The notes: generated by a model from the letters alone, not told the origin. DNA of 64,000 nt from Candidatus Zixiibacteriota bacterium (GCA_022571985.1 JACZWU010000007.1:25986-89985); one strand, 5' to 3'; counted from the stretch's first letter, positions 41,845 to 51,329 are shown. A program made the numbers and translations.

Positions 41845-43413
41845 ATGGCTGATAAGAAAAAGACATCATCAGATATAGAATTGCCTGTCGTAGCCAAGGC
41901 GTCAGAGAATGCGAAAAACACTTTGCCGCTTCCGGGAGAATATCCCTATACCCGCGGCATATATGCCGATATGTACCAGGGTCGTCTCTGGACAATGCGT
42001 CAGTACGCCGGTTATGGAACCGCCGAAGAAACCAACCGCCGTTTCAAATATCTGATGGAAAAAGGACAGAAGGCGCTGTCGGTAGCATTTGATCTGGCAA
42101 CTCAAATCGGCTACGACTCGGACCATCCCATGGCGGCTGGAGAGGTTGGCCGCACCGGGGTGGCTATCGATTCAATCGAAGATATGGAAACTTTATTTGA
42201 TGGCATTCCGCTGTCGGAAGTTTCAACTTCGATGACCATTAATTCTACAGCTGTAATTCTGCTGGCGCTTTATATTGCAGTCGGCAAAAAACAGGGTGTG
42301 GCGCCGGAGCAGCTGACCGGCACGGTTCAAAATGATATTCTCAAAGAATTTATTGCCCGCGGCACTTATATTTTTCCGCCGGGTCCGTCTATGAAAATCG
42401 TCACTGATATTTTTGAGTATGCGGGCAAGCATCTGCCGAAATACAACTGCATTTCAATCTCCGGCTACCATATCAGAGAAGCCGGTTCAACCGCGGCGCA
42501 GGAAATTGCCTTTACACTTGCTAATGCTATCGCCTATGTCAAAGCCGCTCTTGAGGCCGGTATGAAGATAGACGAATTCGCCCCGCGCCTTTCTTTTTTC
42601 TTTGCTTCGCACAATGATCTGTTTGAAGAAGTTGCCAAATTCCGGGCGGCGCGCCGGATGTGGGCTAAAATTATGAAAGAAGATTTTGGCGCCCAAAACG
42701 AACGTTCCTGGATGCTTCGTTTTCACACCCAGACCGGCGGCTCAACCTTGACAGCTCAACAGCCCGAAAATAATATTGTGAGAACAACTATTCAGGCGCT
42801 GGCGGCAACCTTGGGAGGGACGCAGTCGCTGCATACCAATTCTTTTGATGAGGCCTTGGGTCTGCCGACTGAAAAATCAGCCGAGATTGCTCTGCGCACT
42901 CAGCAGATACTGGCCTACGAATCAGGAATCGTTAGCTCAGCCGATCCTCTGGCCGGATCATACTATGTCGAATATTTAACCGATGAACTGGAAAATAAAG
43001 CAAAAGAGATTATGGCGGAAATAGACAAGCTTGGCGGCTCGGTTGCCTGTGTAGATAACGGTTTTTTCAGGGACAAAATCAGCGATGCCGCTTACAGGTT
43101 TCAAAAGAAAGTAGAAACTGGCGAAACGGTCGTGGTAGGGGTCAATAAATTTAAGTCCGGCTCCGGGCAGACCCAGAACGTGTTGAAAGTTGACGCGGGC
43201 CTAGAAAAGCAGCAAATTTCCAAGCTAAATAAATTAAAGAAAAGTCGTGACAAAAAAGCACATGAGACGGCTATGGCTGATTTACAAAAAGCAGCCGAGC
43301 AGGGCGACAACATTGTTGAACCGGTCTTAAATGCTGTTGAAAACTACGCCACCATCGGAGAAATTTCGGATGTTTTCAGAAAAGAATGGAAAGAATATCG
43401 GGAGCAAATTTAA
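41845..43413 (+). CDS. Methylmalonyl-CoA-mutase-type catalytic subunit (Tyr/Arg signature), no B12 domain
   Basis: [11 protein letters not shown](54)AG and EFIAR(172)GTYIFPP have the same 118-residue spacing as Tyr89/Arg207 of characterised MCM. Confidence 0.85.
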   Translation: MADKKKTSSDIELPVVAKASENAKNTLPLPGEYPYTRGIYADMYQGRLWTMRQYAGYGTAEETNRRFKYLMEKGQKALSVAFDLATQIGYDSDHPMAAGEVGRTGVAIDSIEDMETLFDGIPLSEVSTSMTINSTAVILLALYIAVGKKQGVAPEQLTGTVQNDILKEFIARGTYIFPPGPSMKIVTDIFEYAGKHLPKYNCISISGYHIREAGSTAAQEIAFTLANAIAYVKAALEAGMKIDEFAPRLSFFFASHNDLFEEVAKFRAARRMWAKIMKEDFGAQNERSWMLRFHTQTGGSTLTAQQPENNIVRTTIQALAATLGGTQSLHTNSFDEALGLPTEKSAEIALRTQQILAYESGIVSSADPLAGSYYVEYLTDELENKAKEIMAEIDKLGGSVACVDNGFFRDKISDAAYRFQKKVETGETVVVGVNKFKSGSGQTQNVLKVDAGLEKQQISKLNKLKKSRDKKAHETAMADLQKAAEQGDNIVEPVLNAVENYATIGEISDVFRKEWKEYREQI

Positions 43414-43414
43414 A

Positions 43415-43948
43415 ATGCCTAAAATCAGTTTATTAATAGCTCTTTTAGCCCTGCTGCTTCTTGGTTGCGGTGAAAACAAAGAGACAACCCAAAAAGTTGA
43501 AACTGTCGACCAAAACCCGGCTACTCCCGAAGGAAAAGAAAAACTGTTCGAAGATATTCTCAACGAAACAATGGACCGTCTTAGATACAGAGATAAGTCC
43601 TATATTTATGAACTGGAGTTTCCGTATTACCGTGAAGAAAACACATTTGATAAATTTTTAGAAAACCGCAAAATCCGCGGAGCCAAAGCCGATACGCTGG
43701 AATTTGTGGATATTGTAGAACTCATAATGTATGAGCCAGACTCAGCAGTTGCCTATGTTGAAGTACATTTCAAAGGACCAACCGGTAAAGAAACAATTCT
43801 CAAAGGAGACAAACTGACATTTTATTGGTATGGCGGCAGGTGGATCAGGCCGACTGTTTCTACTTATGACGCTCAGCGTCAGCTTGATAATATTCGGCAC
43901 AGGGCCGACTCGGCCGCACAAGCCGAAGAAGAGGAGCTGGGGCGATGA
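43415..43948 (+). CDS. Hypothetical lipoprotein
   Basis: ATG lies 1 nt after the mutase stop. MPKISLLIALLALLLLGC lipobox. ATGA overlap with the epimerase gene. Confidence 0.6.
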   Translation: MPKISLLIALLALLLLGCGENKETTQKVETVDQNPATPEGKEKLFEDILNETMDRLRYRDKSYIYELEFPYYREENTFDKFLENRKIRGAKADTLEFVDIVELIMYEPDSAVAYVEVHFKGPTGKETILKGDKLTFYWYGGRWIRPTVSTYDAQRQLDNIRHRADSAAQAEEEELGR

Positions 43949-44346
43949 CTAAGCCGTTGGTCTCTCATGTCGGTATAGCAGTTAAGGATTTAAATTCAGC
44001 TATCAGATCATATGAAATTTTGACCGGTGCAAAAAATCCTGTTATAGAAAATATTGAATCAGAAAAAGTCAAGGTTGCCCTTTTTTCAAACGGCAGCGGC
44101 AGAATTGAATTATTGGCAGCGACTTCTGATGACAGCCCGATTGCAAAATTTATAAACAAACGCGGCGAGGGACTACACCATATCTGCATTTACGTAGACG
44201 ATATTGAAGCGAAACTTGGTGAACTTAAAAAAGCCGGAATCAAAGTTATTGATGAAACATACCGGACAGGCGCCGAGGGGAAAAAGATAGCTTTTATACA
44301 TCCCCAAAATTTAAATGGTGTTTTAATTGAGCTGGAAGAGAAATAG
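43945..44346 (+). CDS. mce: Methylmalonyl-CoA epimerase (VOC family)
   Basis: 133 aa. HVGIAVKDL, EGLHHICIYVDDI, NGVLIELEE. Pathway context. Confidence 0.85.
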   Translation: MTKPLVSHVGIAVKDLNSAIRSYEILTGAKNPVIENIESEKVKVALFSNGSGRIELLAATSDDSPIAKFINKRGEGLHHICIYVDDIEAKLGELKKAGIKVIDETYRTGAEGKKIAFIHPQNLNGVLIELEEK

Positions 44347-44372
44347 ATTCGGCCGGTAACTTACACTCACTT

Positions 44373-44699
44373 TTATTTAATACTCTTGAAATTATTTTTT
44401 AAGCAGGAGTCGATAATTTTCAAACGGTTTTTAATAAACTTGTCTCTGTCAACAGTCGGAGTGTAAAAATACAGTCGGCCGCTTTTGGTTTTTTTGAGAA
44501 GACCTTTATCCGAGAGTCTGCCCAATACCGTCATAATAGTAGTGTAGGCCGGTTTTTCATCTTTGAGATAAAGCAGCGCTTTCTTGACAGTGACGTTGCC
44601 AATCGTCCAGGCGATATCCATCAGACGTGCCTCGGTTCGCCCCAGAAAAACTGCGTTTCCTTTGGCGAAGGGGTCAAAGTAAAACGATTGTTCAGCCAT
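44373..44699 (-). CDS. BlaI/MecI/CopY-family winged-helix repressor
   Basis: LGRTEARLMDIAW...YTTIMTVLGRLSDKGLL...FYTP. Confidence 0.8.
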   Translation of the reverse strand: MAEQSFYFDPFAKGNAVFLGRTEARLMDIAWTIGNVTVKKALLYLKDEKPAYTTIMTVLGRLSDKGLLKKTKSGRLYFYTPTVDRDKFIKNRLKIIDSCLKNNFKSIK

Positions 44700-44702
44700 T
44701 AT

Positions 44703-44858
44703 TTATTTTTTGGGAATGCGGTTTCTAACTATCATTGAAATACCGATTGCAATAACTGCCGCCGGCCAGAAATATTCCCAGACTCCGCCGTGAATAATAT
44801 CCAGTTTCTGTAAAAGTAATAGTACACCCAGCAGTAATATCAACACTCCAAGAAACAT
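44703..44858 (-). CDS. Small 2-TM protein (51 aa), LiaI/LiaF-TM (DUF5668)-like; below the ORF-track cutoff
   Basis: Hand translation: MFLGVLILLLGVLLLLQKLDIIHGGVWEYFWPAAVIAIGISMIVRNRIPKK. GGAGGG RBS 7 nt upstream. The stop lies 3 nt before the BlaI-like start. Confidence 0.5.
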   Translation of the reverse strand: MFLGVLILLLGVLLLLQKLDIIHGGVWEYFWPAAVIAIGISMIVRNRIPKK

Positions 44859-44881
44859 CTTGATCCCTCCTGATAAATTAT

Positions 44882-45349
44882 TTAGCTCCGTGCCTGCTTG
44901 ATCTGGGTTACTAACATAACTGCAATCTCTTCAAGCATCAGTCTGTCATCGTTTGAGAAAAAAGAATTCTGATTGGAATCAATATCAATCTCTCCCAGAC
45001 AGTTATCTCCGTCCATAAGGGGTACCACAATTTCTGAACGGGTAGCGGGTGTACACGCCAAAAAACGAGAATCCACCGTTACATCATCCACGATGATGCT
45101 CTTTTTTTCAGTTGCAGCAGCCCCGCAGATGCCGCTGTTTAATTCTATTTTTGTATGAGGCGTTTTTGGACCAACATACGGGCCGATTTCCAGAAAACCA
45201 TCGCGCATTATATAAACCCCGGTCCAGTTAAATCCGGACGAGTAAGCATCTATCAATTCCACAGCCGCTTTTAAGATTTCGTTCTCGGTCTTTTTGTCAG
45301 ACATGGCAATTCTGATATTGTCAATCAGCTGCTTCCGTTCATCGTCCAT
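44882..45349 (-). CDS. GAF-domain free methionine-(R)-sulfoxide reductase-like protein
   Basis: WTGVY, GICGAAA and FLACTPATRSEIVVPL match the fRMsr/YebR-type GAF with conserved cysteines. Confidence 0.75.
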   Translation of the reverse strand: MDDERKQLIDNIRIAMSDKKTENEILKAAVELIDAYSSGFNWTGVYIMRDGFLEIGPYVGPKTPHTKIELNSGICGAAATEKKSIIVDDVTVDSRFLACTPATRSEIVVPLMDGDNCLGEIDIDSNQNSFFSNDDRLMLEEIAVMLVTQIKQARS

Positions 45350-45350
45350 C

Positions 45351-46349
45351 TTAGAGATTATCCTTTATGGCCTGAAGGTTTTCTTTAGGTGTGGCCGGGT
45401 CAATGGAGCAGCCCGGTCCTATTATTATACGAGAAGAGTCATATTTCTGTTTCAGTTTTTGCATCTGCATTTCAATTTCATGAGCTGAGCTATGCAAGAG
45501 CCAGCCTTTTTGGTCTATGCCGCCGACAATTGTTTTGCCTTGCAGAATATCAAACGATTTGTCAATTGGTGAGTTGGTCGGGTCTTCGCTGTCCCAGTTA
45601 TAAAGCTGACTTTTGTAATCCAGCTCTGAAAGTTGTTTAAGAAAATTGTTGCTGGAACAGACATGAAAGAGATTTAAAGCATCGTCGCCGGAGGCTTCTA
45701 TTACTTCTAAGTCATAGGGAACTCCAAACTGCTGATATTCTTCCCAGCTAATCAGGTTGGATGAAGCCCACAGGGTGGTGGCATAAAAGAGTCCGTCCGC
45801 TCCGGCGTTCCGCAATTCTTCAACATACTTTTTAAAAGTTGCAGTTATGGCTTTGAGGGCATTATGAACTTTTTCCGGGTGAGTTCGGATACTTTCGACC
45901 AGCAGCTGGTCATCTTCGACCATCCTGCCGGCAATGGCCAGAGGCGTAAACAGGGTCATCAATATCGGCAGCTCTTTACCAGCCCCTTTACGGATAAGAT
46001 TTACAACCTGCAGATGCTCAGCTAATACCGGAGCGGTGGGCTCCAGAGGTTCTATGTTGTCCCAGTCGTCCGCTTTAGTTACCGGAAATTTGACTTTGGT
46101 ATGTTTAGTCAGCTCTGCTGTGGAGTAGTCCAGTTTTAAACCCCAATCTTCGGCATGGTAATCAGCTCTGGGGTTGATTTTCATAAAATCCCAGCCGAAG
46201 TGATTTTGAAAATCAAGCATAGCTTCGGCGGTACCATCGGCACGGCTTTCTTTGTGGTAAAAATGTCTCCAGAAAGAGGCTGCAAACCTGTCTGGTTTCT
46301 CACCGTTTAAAATGAGTTCTATCCGTTCTCTTGGTGAATATTTGGCCAT
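45351..46349 (-). CDS. Uroporphyrinogen decarboxylase (URO-D) family protein / MtaA-like methyltransferase
   Basis: 332 aa. The N-terminal SPRERIELILNGEKPDR and the overall TIM-barrel pattern fit the URO-D family. Substrate is unknown. Confidence 0.6.
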   Translation of the reverse strand: MAKYSPRERIELILNGEKPDRFAASFWRHFYHKESRADGTAEAMLDFQNHFGWDFMKINPRADYHAEDWGLKLDYSTAELTKHTKVKFPVTKADDWDNIEPLEPTAPVLAEHLQVVNLIRKGAGKELPILMTLFTPLAIAGRMVEDDQLLVESIRTHPEKVHNALKAITATFKKYVEELRNAGADGLFYATTLWASSNLISWEEYQQFGVPYDLEVIEASGDDALNLFHVCSSNNFLKQLSELDYKSQLYNWDSEDPTNSPIDKSFDILQGKTIVGGIDQKGWLLHSSAHEIEMQMQKLKQKYDSSRIIIGPGCSIDPATPKENLQAIKDNL

Positions 46350-46524
46350 TATTTTATCGTTATCCTCTCTGATTTGAAAGCCAATATAAGCTGCCCGAAA
46401 GAGCCGTCAAAGTACTGTTTAATCTGTGAGCAACCTTGCTTTTAATTGTTCATAAAGTCTGTAACCTGCCGAAACTTAGAATGATACGACTTAAACCGGG
46501 AAGTCTTGCAAAAAGCGAAAACAA

Positions 46525-47907
46525 ATGGCAGCCAAAATTTTAGTAATTGACGACGAAGATTCTATGTGCGATTTCATGGAGATTATGCTCTCAAAAGAGG
46601 GCTATATCGTGGAAACTGTGAACTCTCCGCTGAGTGCTATCAGCCAGATTAAACAAAACGATTACGACCTGATTATCGCAGATCTCAATATGCCTGAGAT
46701 GGACGGACTGGAAGTACTTGAAGAAGTTAAGAAGTTCAAGAAAGACCAGGACCTGATTGTTATGACCGCCTATGCTTCGGTGGACACGGCTATAGAAGCC
46801 ATGAAAAGAGGCGCCGTCGATTATATTACAAAACCTTTCAAAGTTGATGAAATAAAACTGGCTATCGAAAAGTCTCTCAGCCGCAGGAAACTCCAGCAGG
46901 AAAACATCACCCTGAAACAGCAGCTGCACGAGGGAAATTCATTTGACAAATTTTTGGGGACATCGGCCGTAATAGTAAATTTAAAGCAACTGGCCAGCAG
47001 AATAGCCAACTCAGACTCGACTGTTCTTCTCAGAGGAGAGTCCGGCACCGGTAAAGAAGTCATAGCCCGGGCTATTCACCATCATTCCCCCCGCAGAAAC
47101 GGTCCCTTTGTTTCCATAAATTGTGCCGCTATTCCTGAAAACCTGTTAGAGTCGGAACTTTTCGGTTACAAAAAAGGAGCTTTTACCGGCGCTATTAAAG
47201 ACAAAGAAGGACTTTTTAGTACAGCCGAAGGAGGCACTTTTCTGCTTGACGAGGTTGGTAATACTTCGATGGCTTTTCAAGTAAAACTTCTGCGGGTTAT
47301 TGAAGAGAAAAAAATGACGCCTGTCGGCAGTACCAGGGAATTGGAACTTGATGTGCGCTTGATTGCTGCCACCAACGCCGACCTTGAAGAAGATGTCAGG
47401 CAGGGGCGGTTCCGGGCAGATCTGTTTTACCGCTTAAATGTAATACCCCTGCATATTCCACCCTTGAGAGAGCGCAAAGAAGATATCAAACTTCTGGTGG
47501 CACATTTCATTAACAAATTTTGCGCTAAGATTAATCTTGAGCCAAAAGAGATCTCTGAAAAGGCAATAGAGGCCCTTACCAGTTACAGCTGGCCCGGAAA
47601 TGTCAGAGAGCTGGAAAATACAATTGAGAGGGCGGTTCTACTTAGCAAAGGCAGTGAACTGCTGCCGGAAGATTTCCCGGAGAAACTTACAACAGTCGAA
47701 CCTCAGCCTATGGTCACCGCAGCGGATCCGGTCAATCCGACTTTGGAATCTATAGAGAAAGCCTATATCCATTATGTCATGAGCCAGTCCGGCGGCAAAA
47801 AGTCAAAGGCAGCCCGGATTCTGGGGATAGATACTTCGACTCTTTACCGCAAATTAGAGAGATATGATTTAAGTGATAGCGGGAAAACGAAGGCAGTAAA
47901 AAAATGA
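46525..47907 (+). CDS. Sigma-54-dependent response regulator (NtrC family, PilR-like)
   Basis: REC domain (DLIIADLNMPEMDG), AAA+ (GESGTGKE, GAFTGA loop, RADLFYRL), C-terminal Fis-type HTH (AARILGIDTSTLYRKL). Confidence 0.9.
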   Translation: MAAKILVIDDEDSMCDFMEIMLSKEGYIVETVNSPLSAISQIKQNDYDLIIADLNMPEMDGLEVLEEVKKFKKDQDLIVMTAYASVDTAIEAMKRGAVDYITKPFKVDEIKLAIEKSLSRRKLQQENITLKQQLHEGNSFDKFLGTSAVIVNLKQLASRIANSDSTVLLRGESGTGKEVIARAIHHHSPRRNGPFVSINCAAIPENLLESELFGYKKGAFTGAIKDKEGLFSTAEGGTFLLDEVGNTSMAFQVKLLRVIEEKKMTPVGSTRELELDVRLIAATNADLEEDVRQGRFRADLFYRLNVIPLHIPPLRERKEDIKLLVAHFINKFCAKINLEPKEISEKAIEALTSYSWPGNVRELENTIERAVLLSKGSELLPEDFPEKLTTVEPQPMVTAADPVNPTLESIEKAYIHYVMSQSGGKKSKAARILGIDTSTLYRKLERYDLSDSGKTKAVKK

Positions 47908-47947
47908 GCAAAAACTGAACAGTAGGCCGACTTTTTTAGACAGCGGT

Positions 47948-47964
47948 TGGGAACGATAATTGCA
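47948..47964 (+). promoter_or_regulatory. Putative sigma-54 promoter of pilin gene 1
   Basis: tgGGAACGataaTTGCA, GG-N10-GC. About 54 nt upstream of ATG 48017. Confidence 0.55.
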
Positions 47965-48016
47965 GCTAGAATAGAGTGCAGGAGTATGATAATTGCATTT
48001 GAAGGAGAAAGATAAG

Positions 48017-48442
48017 ATGAGACGTTCTGACCAGCGGGGTTTTACTTTAATTGAATTGATGATAGTCGTGGTGATTATCGGGATACTGGCTGCTCTGGCC
48101 ATACCAAGGTTTATGCAAAGTACGACTAAGACAAAGCAGGGTGAGGCGAAGCTCATTTTGAAACAAATCTACGTGAATCAACGCACCTTCAGGCAGGCGA
48201 CTCAGCTTAATACCTACTACATCCCGGGAGGACCGGCCTCTGCAGCTTCTCCTATGGCATTTAGTGAAATATGGATTGAGATTATGCCCAATGCCCGTTA
48301 CGTCTACACAATTGCAGCAACGACCAATACTTTTATTTGTACCGCTACTGCCAATATCGACGATGATGCCGCCATAGACACCTGGACGATAGACCAGACC
48401 GGCATTCTCCTTAATCCTATAAACGACGTAACCGCGTTATAA
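48017..48442 (+). CDS. pilA: Type IVa major pilin
   Basis: GAAGGAG RBS. MRRSDQRG|FTLIELMIVVVIIGILAALAIPRF prepilin leader with Phe+1/Glu+5. Confidence 0.85.
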   Translation: MRRSDQRGFTLIELMIVVVIIGILAALAIPRFMQSTTKTKQGEAKLILKQIYVNQRTFRQATQLNTYYIPGGPASAASPMAFSEIWIEIMPNARYVYTIAATTNTFICTATANIDDDAAIDTWTIDQTGILLNPINDVTAL

Positions 48443-48462
48443 AACTTAAGGTAATAGACGAA

Positions 48463-48492
48463 AGCCCGCAGGTTATCTGCGGGCTTTTTTTG
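48463..48492 (+). terminator. Rho-independent terminator
   Basis: agcccgcag-gttat-ctgcgggct followed by a T-run. Confidence 0.75.
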
Positions 48493-48692
48493 TTATGTCA
48501 TTGAAAGATAAGTGCCTGAGTTTGGCCATTGCAAAATGCAAAGTTTCTGGCAAATTGCCGTAGGGGATTCTCCCCCAACAGGCCGAAAAAGAATAGGACA
48601 ACTCCTACACTTAACAAAAAAAATAAATAAAATTCCGCTCTCTGTATGCAGTTATCCCTGTTTTCACCGAAATTATCTATTAGAGCAGGTTT

Positions 48693-48708
48693 TGGCACAG
48701 CGTTTGCC
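48693..48708 (+). promoter_or_regulatory. Putative sigma-54 promoter of pilin gene 2
   Basis: TGGCACagcgtTTGCC is a near-perfect TGGCAC-N5-TTGC. About 70 nt upstream of ATG 48777. Confidence 0.65.
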
Positions 48709-48776
48709 AATACAGTTAGAGTAAGGAAACTGATTGAAACAGACACCCTTAATTTTAGAGACTGTAGGAGGTCCAC

Positions 48777-49214
48777 ATGTTCACAAAGAATCACAATCGT
48801 CAGAAGGGTTTCACCCTTATTGAGTTGATGATCGTAGTCGTGATTATCGGTATTTTGGCTGCTCTGGCCATTCCGAGATTCATGCAGGCTACTACTCGTT
48901 CCAAGCAGTCAGAAGCCAAACAGCTTCTGAAACAGGTTTATACAATGCAACGCACCTTTCGTCAGAGCGTCGCAGTCTTACCAGCCAGATATGGTGATGC
49001 CGGTGTCAGCGTGGCTCCTGGTGGAGGTCTTTTCCCGGAGATTGGTGTAGAAGTCATGGTCACTGCCCTTTATCAATACGACATGACTATTGCTACAGAT
49101 ATCGCCTTTCTCTGTACAGCAACTGCTAACCTGGATGACGATGTTGCTGTCGACACCTGGACGATTGACCACAACGGTAACTTGCTGAATACGATCAACG
49201 ACGTCAATCTTTAA
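48777..49214 (+). CDS. pilA: Type IVa major pilin, second paralog
   Basis: MFTKNHNRQKG|FTLIELMIVVVIIGILAALAIPRF. The C-terminal CTATAN(I/L)DDD...DTWTID block is shared with paralog 1. Confidence 0.85.
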   Translation: MFTKNHNRQKGFTLIELMIVVVIIGILAALAIPRFMQATTRSKQSEAKQLLKQVYTMQRTFRQSVAVLPARYGDAGVSVAPGGGLFPEIGVEVMVTALYQYDMTIATDIAFLCTATANLDDDVAVDTWTIDHNGNLLNTINDVNL

Positions 49215-49276
49215 TTAGTCGCTTAAGATTTTGCCGCAGCCTGCGACTGGCGGGCCCCGGCAATTATCTCCTTAGT

Positions 49277-49321
49277 GAAAGCGTCCCTGCTTATGCAGGG
49301 ACGCTTTCTTATTACTTTTTT
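49277..49321 (+). terminator. Rho-independent terminator
   Basis: 14-bp stem gaaagcgtccctgc / gcagggacgctttc with loop ttat and a T-rich tail. Confidence 0.7.
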
Positions 49322-49388
49322 CGGGTTGCTTCCGGCAAAAGGCTTTTAGTTGCTTTTGATTCAGATCTAATCTTTTCTTGATATCAAT

Positions 49389-51329
49389 ATGTCGATGAAA
49401 TCTGTTTATTACATGTGTCTCATACTTTTGTTAGCCTTGGGTGCTTCAGCTCAGAATAAAAAGAAGATGTCACCGGAACAGCAGGGGCTGCTTCTATTGA
49501 CAAACTATTTAGGCCTCGAACTAGAGGATATCTCTTTTCGCCAGGACTACCACGACCCGGACGGTTTCCGCCTGAGCAAAGTTGCGGCGCTTATGAGTCG
49601 GCCTTTGGATATGATTGGCTATGTCGACGAGCTAAGAGGTGTTCATATCAAAGGCCAGCCGGAAATTCTGGCCTCCATACTCTTTGACGATCTGGCCGTA
49701 ACCGGCCAGAGCTCCCGTAGCAGGGCCTACCGGCCGCAGGGGACAGAGGCAGGAGATGCCTATACTCTGTATTTCTTAAATCAGGCCCTCAATCAGTTTC
49801 TGGCCCGGATGGCTGTCTATATCGACCAGGTATTTCCCCGTTCGACAGAAATGATGCTGGCACCTCTGTCTAAGAAGGAAAAAAGATTTCTGACAACCAA
49901 ATTCAAAGATATTATAACAAGCGACTTAGAAGAAGAATTTTACACAGTAGAACAACATGATTCACTGGAGAAAGCCGAAGAAAAATATGCCGACCAGTTT
50001 GTAGAATTTGCCGGTAAAATAGACAAAGACCCCATTATCAGAGCCGGCATAGACTGCCTGAAGATGATACTGCTTGAGACCAAGAGATTAAGAAAGCAGC
50101 TGCGAGAAGGAGAAGACGCCGCCGAAGATTTCATGAGGGTAACCGGGTTCCTTCCGGATAATACTGATCTCAGCGCCTTTCTGGGCAGGCAGCCGGGCTG
50201 GGCCATAGGCGGTCCGGATAACGACTATTACAACGGCGATTACTATTTCATATTGGATATCGGCGGGGACGACATCTATGACCTGGAATATGACCCGAAC
50301 AACCCCCACGGAGTAATCATAATTGATTTCAGCGGTAACGACAGCTATCGCTCCCGTAGCGATTTTACATTAGGTTCTGGCTGTCTGTCTGTCGGTATCT
50401 TAGTCGATTTTGAGGGAGACGACAGGTATGACGCTAAATCGTTTTCTCTGGGCTCAGGTTATTTTGGTTTTGGGATTTTATATGACGCCGGTGGTGACGA
50501 CCGTTATGACGGCGACACCCATGTCCAGGGGGCAGGCTCATTCGGACTGGGGCTTTTAATAGATGAAGGGGGACGGGACATTTACAATGGCGCTCTCTTT
50601 GCCCAGGGGTTCGGGTTTATCGAAGGCTGCGGTATTATTGTTGATACCAAAGGCTCAGACTCATATTACGCCGGAGGAAAATACAAAGATATCCTGCGCT
50701 ATGATGACCATTATTTGTCGCTGTCTCAAGGTTTCGGCTACGGACTTAGACCGATTATGTCCGGGGGAATCGGCGGCATAATCGACCTTGAAGGCAACGA
50801 CAGTTATTATTCTGATATATTTGGTCAGGGCTCCAGCTACTGGTGGTCGCTGGGATTTATTTCTGACAAGTCCGGTAATGACAACTATCACTCTTTTCAA
50901 TATGCTCAGGGAGCCGCCGCTCATATGTCGCTGGGGATTCTCGCAGACGACAGCGGCAACGATGTTTACTTTGCCAAAGGAGTCTCGCAGGGTTGCGGCC
51001 ACGATTATTCTGCAGGTATTTTGCTGGACAGAGCCGGAAATGATACTTATACCGCCTATGATTTATCCCAGGCGGCCGGTTCAGCCAACGGCGTCGGGAT
51101 TTTGATAGATAACTCAGGCGATGACCGTTATTTTATCCATAATCAAAAAAACAGTCAGGGTTACGGTAACCCCCGCAGAGATTTTGGCTCTATCGGTCTC
51201 TTCATTGACAACGGAGGCGCTGACCAATATCTGGGCAACGGCAGAGATGATTTTTTCTGGCAGACGAAATCAAAATGGGGCGGCGGTATGGATATTGAGC
51301 TTTTTCCTGCAGATGAGAATAAAAAATGA
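49389..51329 (+). CDS. Secreted protein with 12 D-x-x-G-x-D-x-Y repeats (predicted beta-solenoid), unknown function
   Basis: Signal peptide ...LLLALGASAQ. Helical N-terminal half. From 50256 to 51230 there are 12 repeats of about 27 aa (DIGGDDIY, DFSGNDSY, DFEGDDRY, DAGGDDRY, DEGGRDIY, DTKGSDSY, DLEGNDSY, DKSGNDNY, DDSGNDVY, DRAGNDTY, DNSGDDRY, DNGGADQY). Confidence 0.6.
   Translation: MSMKSVYYMCLILLLALGASAQNKKKMSPEQQGLLLLTNYLGLELEDISFRQDYHDPDGFRLSKVAALMSRPLDMIGYVDELRGVHIKGQPEILASILFDDLAVTGQSSRSRAYRPQGTEAGDAYTLYFLNQALNQFLARMAVYIDQVFPRSTEMMLAPLSKKEKRFLTTKFKDIITSDLEEEFYTVEQHDSLEKAEEKYADQFVEFAGKIDKDPIIRAGIDCLKMILLETKRLRKQLREGEDAAEDFMRVTGFLPDNTDLSAFLGRQPGWAIGGPDNDYYNGDYYFILDIGGDDIYDLEYDPNNPHGVIIIDFSGNDSYRSRSDFTLGSGCLSVGILVDFEGDDRYDAKSFSLGSGYFGFGILYDAGGDDRYDGDTHVQGAGSFGLGLLIDEGGRDIYNGALFAQGFGFIEGCGIIVDTKGSDSYYAGGKYKDILRYDDHYLSLSQGFGYGLRPIMSGGIGGIIDLEGNDSYYSDIFGQGSSYWWSLGFISDKSGNDNYHSFQYAQGAAAHMSLGILADDSGNDVYFAKGVSQGCGHDYSAGILLDRAGNDTYTAYDLSQAAGSANGVGILIDNSGDDRYFIHNQKNSQGYGNPRRDFGSIGLFIDNGGADQYLGNGRDDFFWQTKSKWGGGMDIELFPADENKK

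Noticed and set aside
48498-48794. 98-aa minus-strand ORF between the two pilin genes.
   Set aside because: It overlaps the sigma-54 promoter and the 5' end of pilin 2. It has no RBS and a hydrophobic low-complexity translation.
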